16,137 nt of DNA from Candidatus Dadabacteria bacterium (lineage in GTDB: Bacteria; Desulfobacterota_D; UBA1144; Nemesobacterales; CSP1-2), in NCBI GenBank assembly GCA_040289575.1, contig PSLL01000038.1:5508-21644 (forward strand), given 5' to 3'. A program made the position numbers and the translations under genes. Shown in pieces: positions 1 to 7,144 of the stretch. The notes beneath the pieces were generated by a model that worked only from the letters and a program-made list of their open reading frames with translations, searched no databases and was not told where the DNA came from. Every line of letters begins with the position of its first letter. The stretch's first letter is position 1.

Positions 1-100
1 TTTTTTGCACTTGGTTGACTTCCCGCCAAGAAGGACAGTTAAAACTAAAACGAGGCCGCTTTTCTGATGACCAATTAAAGATGAATGCGACACTACTCTT

Positions 101-128
101 AGTATGGAGATTTAAGAATGTTTGTCAA
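101..128 (-). promoter_or_regulatory. possible leftward sigma70-type promoter for a gene outside the window
   Basis: Minus strand TTGACA (123-128), 16-nt spacer, CATACT (101-106). Spacing and -10 are suboptimal. Confidence 0.3.
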
Positions 129-411
129 TGGGTAAAAAATCCTACCAGAAAGACTTATACCTTCTCATTTACATAACTCTTCTCTCCGAAGATGTATAGA
201 GTAACTGCACTAACAAGGATTTTATACACACGGCCGATTATTAGCCCAAGATAAATATATTATTTAGGGGGACTCAAGAAGCCTTCTACACTAAAATCCG
301 GATAAAGCCCTTTATTAGCAATTGCGTAGATTAAAGATATTAATATATGATTTTATCAATTATATCAATGACATATAAAGAATATTATTTTTGCAATTGC
401 GAAGAAATTAC

Positions 412-440
412 TTGACAAGTATCGCCACCTGCATTACATT
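412..440 (+). promoter_or_regulatory. sigma70-type promoter for the 475-897 gene
   Basis: TTGACA (412-417), 17 nt, TACATT (435-440); SD AGGAGG at 461-466 before ATG 475. Confidence 0.7.
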
Positions 441-474
441 TAGATAAAGCAAACTAAATTAGGAGGATATATAA

Positions 475-897
475 ATGGCTGTAAGGAAAGAGACTTCAAA
501 AGCAGTAGAGGGTTTCACCGAGACAATAAAAGAACTCACTGGATTGGTGAGAGAAAGCTATCTAAACGGCGTGGAATTCGCCTTATCCCTTTGGGAAGAG
601 AATTTAAAGGTTTTAAACACTCAGATTGATCAATGGCTTAATCTTCAACGGGACTACATCAAGGCTAAAAGAGAGTACTATGAGAGGATTCCAAAGGAAT
701 TAGTGCCATTTTGGAATGGGAATTCAAAGGCTATAAATGACGAGATTAATCGACTTGTAGCCTTTCAGAAAAACCATATTGAGTCAGTTAGAAGCATTTC
801 GGATAGGCTTACGAAAGAAACTCTCAGTCTCACAAAGAAGAATGTTGAGAAAGCCTTTTCTCTCTTTGACGATTATCTCAACCTCTTCAGAGTATAA
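475..897 (+). CDS. hypothetical all-helical protein, phasin/PHA-granule-associated-like (family assignment tentative)
   Basis: 140-aa ORF with strong SD and promoter; amphipathic helical pattern (ESYLNGVEFALSLWEENLKVLNTQIDQWLNLQRDY), no catalytic motifs, no Cys. Confidence applies to the CDS; the phasin label is inference. Confidence 0.75.
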   Translation: MAVRKETSKAVEGFTETIKELTGLVRESYLNGVEFALSLWEENLKVLNTQIDQWLNLQRDYIKAKREYYERIPKELVPFWNGNSKAINDEINRLVAFQKNHIESVRSISDRLTKETLSLTKKNVEKAFSLFDDYLNLFRV

Positions 898-1047
898 TTC
901 GATTGAGAGCGTAGACTAAGTTAAAAGACATAATTCTGCTAGGAAAACGGAGTTGGTTTATTTTGACATTTATTTAGAAAAAACCGTGATCATAATTTGG
1001 ATAGTTTATTTAACTGTATGATCACTTGAGATAGGAGGCATATAAAA

Positions 1048-1257
1048 ATGAATATAACAATAGCCCCTTTTACGGTTGACACAATTGGTGATTGCAAGGC
1101 GCCGCTATCTGTGTATAAAAAAGAAGAACACGCTAAAATGCCAACTACTTATTGGGGAATCTATCTCGACGATAAATACATATCTTACACATCGAGTAAG
1201 GAGCTGGCTGAAAAGACAAAACTATGGATAGAAAGATGGCTAGAGAACAGGCGTTGA
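1048..1257 (+). CDS. small hypothetical protein (69 aa)
   Basis: SD AGGAGG at 1033-1038 at good spacing; protein-like composition; followed by a terminator-like hairpin. Confidence 0.7.
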   Translation: MNITIAPFTVDTIGDCKAPLSVYKKEEHAKMPTTYWGIYLDDKYISYTSSKELAEKTKLWIERWLENRR

Positions 1258-1278
1258 AATAGAAGAAATTTTTAAGCT

Positions 1279-1299
1279 TGGAGTGATTCTCCATTTTTT
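1279..1299 (+). terminator. possible intrinsic terminator
   Basis: TGGAG-tgatt-CTCCA stem followed by TTTTTT (1294-1299). Confidence 0.45.
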
Positions 1300-1323
1300 A
1301 CCTACAAGTGTCAGGACTCCGCT

Positions 1324-1345
1324 AGACCTTGAGGCGAGGTTTTTT
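1324..1345 (+). terminator. second possible intrinsic terminator
   Basis: AGACCTT-gaggc-GAGGTTT stem (with G-U pairs) running into a T6 tract. Confidence 0.4.
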
Positions 1346-1367
1346 CTAGGAATAGTTAAGTGATAAG

Positions 1368-4037
1368 ATGGGTGCTAAAAATATTGAAAGGATTCTTAAT
1401 CCGAAATCTATTGTTCTAGTCGGTGTAAGTGAGAGAGAGGAAAGTGTTGGCTATCGCCTCTTTAGAAATCTTATAAGCGGAGGGTTTCGAGGAAAAATCT
1501 ATGGTGTAAATCCAAATGTTAGCCAACTCTTCGAGCAAAGGATATACAAGTCCGTAAGTGAAATAGAAGGGGAAATAGACCTTGCTGTAATTGCCGTACC
1601 TATAGAAATGGTTCCCTCTATTATAAGGCAGTGCACAGAAAAAGAGTTAGGGGGCGCAATTGTTATTTCCGACGGCAGAAAGGGGACAGAAAAGGCAGGT
1701 CATGAAGAGAAAATCATTCGTGAGGCGAGGCGTATTGGAATTAGGATAATTGGTCCAAACAGTCTCGGTGTTGTTATTCCACATCTTGGAATAAATGCGA
1801 GTTTCACTGCTTCTCCGGTACCGCCTCAAGGGAATATGGCTTTTATCTCACAGAGTGGAGCACTCTGCATCGCCATTATGGATTGGGCTTGTAGGGAAAA
1901 TGTTGGATTTAGTCATGTGGTTTCAATAGGAGACATGGCCGATGTGGACTTCGGAGATTTAATCAATCTCCTAGGCGACGATAGTAACGTAAGAAGTATA
2001 CTCCTCTATGTAGAGTCGATTACAAATGTTAAAAAATTTGTAGGAGCCGCAAGAAGCGTCTCTCGCGTAAAGCCCATTATTGCACTAAAATCTGGAAAAA
2101 CTGATGCGGGTATTAAGTCTGCGGCCTTTCATACGGAGGCTCTAATCACAGAGGATGCTATATATAGCACTATCTTTAAGCGCGCAGGGATTGTAAGGGT
2201 AGATACTATAAGGGAACTCTTTAATACCGCAGAATCGCTCTCTAAACAGCCCCGTCCTCTGAAACCAAACCTTGCAGTTATAACAAACGCAGATGGCACT
2301 GGTACTATGACAGCAGATGTCCTTTCAGTCAGGTGGGAATCCAAACTCGTGGAACTGAGTGAAAGAACTGTTAAGGAAATAGAGAGTATCCTTCCCCACT
2401 ATACAAATAAACGAAATCCGATCTGTATGCTTGGCGATGCGCCCCCTGAGAAGTATGCAAAGACCCTCGAGACATGTCTTGCGGCTGAAGAGGTAGGCGG
2501 AGTTATTATAATTTTTACCCCTCAGTCAGTGGCACATCCTTCAGACATAGCAAGGGCAATTTCAAAGATTGCACAAAAATCAAATACAAAGCCGGTCTTT
2601 GCCGTTTGGATGGGCGGAAAGTTAGTTGAAGAAGCTATAGGTATTTTAAATGAGGCAGGGATTCCTACCTTTGGGACCCCCGAAGAAGCAATAAATGCCT
2701 TCATGCATATGTATTCATACACATATAACCTCAGGCTTCTCCAAGAGACTCCAAAGCTTATTGAGGAAAGGTTTGAAACAAAGAGGGCAGAATCCATTAT
2801 ACAGAGTTTTCTTAGGGAAAAAGAGAGCGAGATTCTCTCAGAGCTCGACTCAAAAGCCATAATCGCAAGCTACGATATTCCAGTGAATCATACAGAGGTC
2901 GCTACCACGCCCTCAGAGGCCTCACAAGTGGCAAAGGAACTGGGTTTCCCCGTGGTTTTAAAAATCCATCCGCCTGATGTAACAGACAGGTCTAATTCTG
3001 GTACTGTGGCATTTGACCTACACTCTGAGTCGGAAGTCTCTGATGCCTTTAATAGAATCGTCCCAAATGTAAAACGTCTAAAGCCCGATGCGGATATTGT
3101 CGGTGTTACAGTCCAGCCTATGATTACGGAAAAAGGGTTCGAACTCATACTGGGTGCCAAGAAAGACCCGACTTTTGGTCCAATAATAGTTTTTGGAGCC
3201 GGAGGAGAAATGACGGAGTTTATAAAGGATGTGGCAATGGCAATTCCCCCACTTAACTCTACTTTAGCTCTAAGATTCATGGAGAAGACTCGGATTTTTA
3301 ATCTCCTTTCAAATGGGTTCCGTAATATTCCACGCGCAAACATAGATGCCCTTATAAGAATGATTGTGAACTTTTCAGAACTCATCTCGGATTTTCCTGA
3401 GATTACAGAGATTGATATAAACCCCCTCTATGTAAGGGGAGAGCATATACTCGTTCTCGATGCCCGCATAAAAGTTGAAAGAACAGAAGAAAAAACCCCG
3501 TACCACCTCATAATTGCCCCTTATCCGAGTCAATATGAAAGTTATCATACGCTAAAAGACGGCACCGTTATACTTCTTAGACCCATAAGACCGGAAGACG
3601 AGCCGCTCATACTTGAACTTTTTAATACGTTTTCAAAAGAAACAATAGTCCATAGATTTTTTCACGTCATAAAGGTTACAACACATGAACAGCTTGTACG
3701 CTATACGCAGATTGATTACGAGCGCGAGATTGCAATTATTGCTGTGGGTCAGCCTCCGGGACGTGAGAGAATTTTTGGGATCATACAGTTGATATTTGAG
3801 CCGGAGGAGGAAAAAGCCGAATTTGCCATAGTGGTAGGTGACCCGTGGCAGGGAAGAGGACTGGGATCGAAACTAATGGACGTATGCCTATCCGTTGCAA
3901 AACAAAGAGGAGTTAAGCTTCTTTGGGGTGAGATTATTCCTGAGAACATACCCATGATTAATCTCTCTAAGAAGATGGGATTTAACATTAAAAAGAGAGA
4001 GGCCTCACTTTACGCTGAGTTAAAATTGGATGCATAG
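1368..4037 (+). CDS. Pat/YfiQ(PatZ)-type protein lysine acetyltransferase: NDP-forming acyl-CoA synthetase alpha/beta-like domains fused to a C-terminal GNAT
   Basis: N-terminal CoA-binding (LNPKSIVLVGVS, IIGPNSLG, FISQSGA, SIGDMADVDF), ATP-grasp-like (GFPVVLKI, VTVQPM, DPTFGP, EIDINPL) and GNAT (LRPIRPEDE, AEFAIVV, WQGRGLG, N..MINL..KMGF) motifs. Confidence 0.9.
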   Translation: MGAKNIERILNPKSIVLVGVSEREESVGYRLFRNLISGGFRGKIYGVNPNVSQLFEQRIYKSVSEIEGEIDLAVIAVPIEMVPSIIRQCTEKELGGAIVISDGRKGTEKAGHEEKIIREARRIGIRIIGPNSLGVVIPHLGINASFTASPVPPQGNMAFISQSGALCIAIMDWACRENVGFSHVVSIGDMADVDFGDLINLLGDDSNVRSILLYVESITNVKKFVGAARSVSRVKPIIALKSGKTDAGIKSAAFHTEALITEDAIYSTIFKRAGIVRVDTIRELFNTAESLSKQPRPLKPNLAVITNADGTGTMTADVLSVRWESKLVELSERTVKEIESILPHYTNKRNPICMLGDAPPEKYAKTLETCLAAEEVGGVIIIFTPQSVAHPSDIARAISKIAQKSNTKPVFAVWMGGKLVEEAIGILNEAGIPTFGTPEEAINAFMHMYSYTYNLRLLQETPKLIEERFETKRAESIIQSFLREKESEILSELDSKAIIASYDIPVNHTEVATTPSEASQVAKELGFPVVLKIHPPDVTDRSNSGTVAFDLHSESEVSDAFNRIVPNVKRLKPDADIVGVTVQPMITEKGFELILGAKKDPTFGPIIVFGAGGEMTEFIKDVAMAIPPLNSTLALRFMEKTRIFNLLSNGFRNIPRANIDALIRMIVNFSELISDFPEITEIDINPLYVRGEHILVLDARIKVERTEEKTPYHLIIAPYPSQYESYHTLKDGTVILLRPIRPEDEPLILELFNTFSKETIVHRFFHVIKVTTHEQLVRYTQIDYEREIAIIAVGQPPGRERIFGIIQLIFEPEEEKAEFAIVVGDPWQGRGLGSKLMDVCLSVAKQRGVKLLWGEIIPENIPMINLSKKMGFNIKKREASLYAELKLDA

Positions 4038-4156
4038 GGAATCAGACAAGCTTCTTTAAAAAATATAATGAATCTCGGTAGATTTGCTTTCAACATTCCC
4101 AACTCTGGAAAGTAATAAAATTGAGATACGGAAATCAGTCATTGAACATACTGAAA

Positions 4157-4903
4157 CTAGATGGTTTTCTTTAAGCAGAGGAAAGCCGCAAAGTTATAAT
4201 ATTGAAAGAATGTATCAACTATTTCAAAACCATTTCGATTAAACGTTTCTATATTCTCATCAATACGATAGGGGATGAGCACATCCTCAAGAGTCTCCCT
4301 CTTTCGCATTATTTCCAATTCATTATAACTATTACGTCTCTTAAAATCATAGTAGAAGTCAATAAAAAAAACGATTCATGCGAGAGTCATTTGTGAGCAC
4401 CTTCTCTGCCACCGCCAAAGCACCCCCTTCAACGAGGGCATTATAAATCCATCTAATTAGGCCATCTCTTCGTAAGGGACGAATAAATTGCAATGTTCAA
4501 CACATAGTAACAAAGCTTGCGTTATCAAGCTGTATCCTAGAGAGATCTCCGCTGAGGTTTGCATATCGAACCTCAATACGATTCTCTAACCCTTCCTCCT
4601 TTATCTTCCCATACGCCCGCTCTAGCATAGGTGGTGAGTTATCATACCCTATAAAATGCCCCGGTTGTTAGATCACTCGACAAAGGTTAATTAATGCGGG
4701 GTGGCTGTAGAGCATCCCAGATCATAGACGTTAGTTCCCGGAATAAAAAATCTCTTTGCGATCTCCTTGAACATGTCCTGTTGTTCAAGGTAAAACGGCA
4801 CACTGCGAATGATCATGTCATCGAATACCTCGGCAACTTCTGCGCTAAATTCAAAGTCTCCTATTCGAGTTGAGTTTTTCAAAAATAGTTCGTCTTTTTT
4901 CAT
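4157..4903 (-). pseudogene. cmoA: carboxy-S-adenosyl-L-methionine synthase CmoA-like pseudogene (full length, about 248 codons)
   Basis: N-term DFEFSAEVAEVFDDMIIRSVPFY...VYDLGCST. Manual translation continues GYDNSPPML, C*TLQFI, ALVEGGAL..AEK and YYDFKRRNSYNELEIMRKRETLEDVLIPY...GF..VDTFFQYYNFAAFLCLKKTI* (stop 4157-4159). Lesions: frameshift near 4695-4701, TAA 4668-4670, TGA 4497-4499, extra base in A8 run 4364-4371. Confidence 0.88.
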
Positions 4904-4972
4904 TCTACAGCCCCTAATGGCACAGAATTTGGGATTTATGTAACGTATTCACTAAAAGGAATCTGTTCATTC

Positions 4973-5791
4973 TTAATATCTTCGCATTCTATCGTCGTAG
5001 TGTGATAAGAAATCACCGCTTATTGGAATCAATTTTCCACCAGATACCTCACGATGTTTTGTGAACTCAAAAACTTCTAACCCAGTGGCTTCCAAAATTT
5101 GAATAATTTCTCTTATCGTATAGCCAAGTAAATCATCATGCAACTCGCAGAATAAATGGGAAACTTTATTTTTAAGTGTATTGAGCATTCCGGCAAGCAC
5201 TTTTCCTTTCGCACCGTGAACATCAATCTTAATAATATCAGGCTGGATATTCTCTCTTTTACACAGTTGATCAAATGTGATTACCTGTACGTCACCATTA
5301 CCCACTTCATGAAGGACTCTTTCATCCCATCCTTCCATATTTGCCTGACCCTCTTTATCAGACAGCGCTAAATTAAATGTTCGAATGTTCTCTTTAAGAC
5401 CATTAATCTGAATATTTTTCAAAAGGCGGATATAATACTTCTTATGCGGTTCTATTGATATTACCTGTCCTCTGGAACCTATTAGCTTGCCAGCGTATAT
5501 TGTGAAATAACCATAATGAGCACCAATGTCCACAAAAGTAGGGAAATCATAATCTTTGAAGAGTGTCTTTAGCTGAAGGGTAAGAGCCGGTTCATAAATC
5601 TTACCTTGTGAAATATGGGTATAATAATCAAATGTCCTATCGTCTATCATACTTATCTTCGTCCCATAAATATTGGTTTCAAAATAAATTCCCGGCTTAA
5701 ATTTATTCAATAAAGGAATCTTTCTAATATACATCCAAGGGTCTAATACAAATAAAAGATAAAGTGCTCCCCTTTTAATCCATCTTATCAT
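4973..5791 (-). CDS. FkbM-family SAM-dependent methyltransferase (possibly decaying)
   Basis: YEP, FVDIGAHYGYF, IEP..Y..L..N..IN, NLALSD, IKIDVHGA and CELH motifs. Confidence 0.85.
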   Translation of the reverse strand: MIRWIKRGALYLLFVLDPWMYIRKIPLLNKFKPGIYFETNIYGTKISMIDDRTFDYYTHISQGKIYEPALTLQLKTLFKDYDFPTFVDIGAHYGYFTIYAGKLIGSRGQVISIEPHKKYYIRLLKNIQINGLKENIRTFNLALSDKEGQANMEGWDERVLHEVGNGDVQVITFDQLCKRENIQPDIIKIDVHGAKGKVLAGMLNTLKNKVSHLFCELHDDLLGYTIREIIQILEATGLEVFEFTKHREVSGGKLIPISGDFLSHYDDRMRRY

Positions 5792-5831
5792 TTTTATGAT
5801 CCAATCTTAGGTTTAAACCCTTCCTAATTTC

Positions 5832-5861
5832 ATTATCCCACCGTGAATAACCTCTTGTCAA
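5832..5861 (-). promoter_or_regulatory. possible sigma70-type promoter for the FkbM-cmoA unit
   Basis: Minus strand TTGACA (5856-5861), 18 nt, GATAAT (5832-5837). Confidence 0.45.
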
Positions 5862-6020
5862 CACACACCTAAGAAGACCATTGGGTGAGCGGGATATAAA
5901 AGACAGAGGTTGGATTAAGTCTCTTTCCTCTTGACAAAGGAGGAAGGCTAAAACGGCTTAAAGACAGAATACTAGGTATGTCATTCCTTTACCCTCCAAG
6001 TTGTATTTGGAAGGTTGTCA

Positions 6021-6039
6021 GGTAGACAATGGGTAGACA
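6021..6039. repeat. tandem direct repeat GGTAGACA x2 (11-bp period), resembling integrase arm-type sites next to an att site
   Basis: GGTAGACA at 6021-6028 and 6032-6039, 46 bp from the tRNA-Ala CCA end. Confidence 0.4.
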
Positions 6040-6085
6040 CAAGCAGGTGGGTTATATTGGGTGTGTTGTAACTTCCTAAAATAAT

Positions 6086-6162
6086 TGGTGGAGATGAGGG
6101 GAATCGAACCCCCGACCTCTGCCGTGCGAAGGCAGCGCTCTCCCAAGCTGAGCTACATCCCC
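6086..6162 (-). tRNA. tRNA-Ala(CGC)
   Basis: GGGGATGTAGCTCAGCTTGGGAGAGCGCTGCCTTCGCACGGCAGAGGTCGGGGGTTCGATTCCCCTCATCTCCACCA: cloverleaf, G3:U70 Ala identity pair, anticodon CGC, encoded CCA. Confidence 0.97.
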
Positions 6163-6219
6163 ACACCATTGTTATTATATACTACTACTACAAACCATAA
6201 TACAAGCAAGAAACGATGA

Positions 6220-7083
6220 TTACAAAAGCAATCTTCTTATAAGAGGCTCTAATTCCCTGCGGAGTTCCGGATTTTTTATAACATAATTTAGCGTAGCCTT
6301 CAAGTATCCAAGCCTGTCTCCTCCATCGAACCTCTCTCCTTTAAATCTGTATGCTAAGAGTTTTCCCATATTTGCAAGCTCAGACAGTGCATCTGTAAGT
6401 TGAATCTCTCCGCCCTTTCCCGGAGGGATTTGTCCGAGAACATCAAAAATGTCCGGGGTTAAAACGTACCTCCCTACAACTGCCAGGTTTGACTTGGCCT
6501 CATCCGGTGCCGGTTTTTCTATGACCCCTCTTAAGTCATAAATGCCGCTTGCAATCTCGCACCCATCAATTATCCCGTATTTGCTTGTCTCTTGCTTCTC
6601 TACCTCCATTACAGCTACGACGGATTTTTTGTATCTTTCATATATATCAATAAGCTGCTTAAGACACGGAACCTCAGAATCAATCAAATCATCTGGAAGC
6701 ATAACGCCGAACGGTTCGTTCCCTATAACAGTATTGGCTGTAAATACGGCGTGCCCCAGCCCAAGGGGTCTTCCCTGTCTCACCGAAGCAATATATGAAA
6801 GTTTTGTTGACTCCTGAACCGATTTAAGAAGGTCGAACTTGTTTTTCCTCTCAAGTGCACTCTCAAGGTCTGGGAAATCGTCAAAATGATCCTCTATAGC
6901 GGCTTTTTCGCGACTGGTGATAAGCACAACCATCTCAACTCCCGAGTCTCTCGCCTCTTCAACTATGTACTGAATCATAGGCTTATCTATTATTGGAATC
7001 ATCTCCTTAGGAATTGCTTTGGTTGCAGGAAGAAACCTAGTTCCCAGTCCCGCCGCGGGAATTACAGCCTTTCTAACCTTCAT
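6220..7083 (-). CDS. galU: UTP-glucose-1-phosphate uridylyltransferase
   Basis: KAVIPAAGLGTRFLPATKAIPKEM, RQ..PLGLGHAV, IEKP, GGEIQLTDA motifs; purine-rich SD upstream. Confidence 0.96.
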   Translation of the reverse strand: MKVRKAVIPAAGLGTRFLPATKAIPKEMIPIIDKPMIQYIVEEARDSGVEMVVLITSREKAAIEDHFDDFPDLESALERKNKFDLLKSVQESTKLSYIASVRQGRPLGLGHAVFTANTVIGNEPFGVMLPDDLIDSEVPCLKQLIDIYERYKKSVVAVMEVEKQETSKYGIIDGCEIASGIYDLRGVIEKPAPDEAKSNLAVVGRYVLTPDIFDVLGQIPPGKGGEIQLTDALSELANMGKLLAYRFKGERFDGGDRLGYLKATLNYVIKNPELRRELEPLIRRLLL

Positions 7084-7144
7084 TGATCTTCTCCCCTGTC
7101 ATTATTCTAAAAGCAAATCCGCACAAATGAGGCGAATTTTCTAA

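Noticed and set aside
1..93. open minus-strand frame from GTG 93 running off the window
   Set aside because: Only 31 codons visible, no SD and no recognisable motif.
50..95. CTGATGA as a hammerhead ribozyme core
   Set aside because: No stem II followed by GAAA, and no supporting stems.
4364..4371. A8 tract as a phase-variation switch, or TGA 4497-4499 as recoding, in cmoA
   Set aside because: Three other lesions including a TAA remain, and TGA is a normal stop elsewhere in the window (rnhA, rimO).
4202..4396. 64-aa plus-strand ORF
   Set aside because: Antisense to the C-terminal part of the cmoA pseudogene.
5981..6169. 62-aa ORF over tRNA-Ala
   Set aside because: Translation of the tRNA gene; no coding support.
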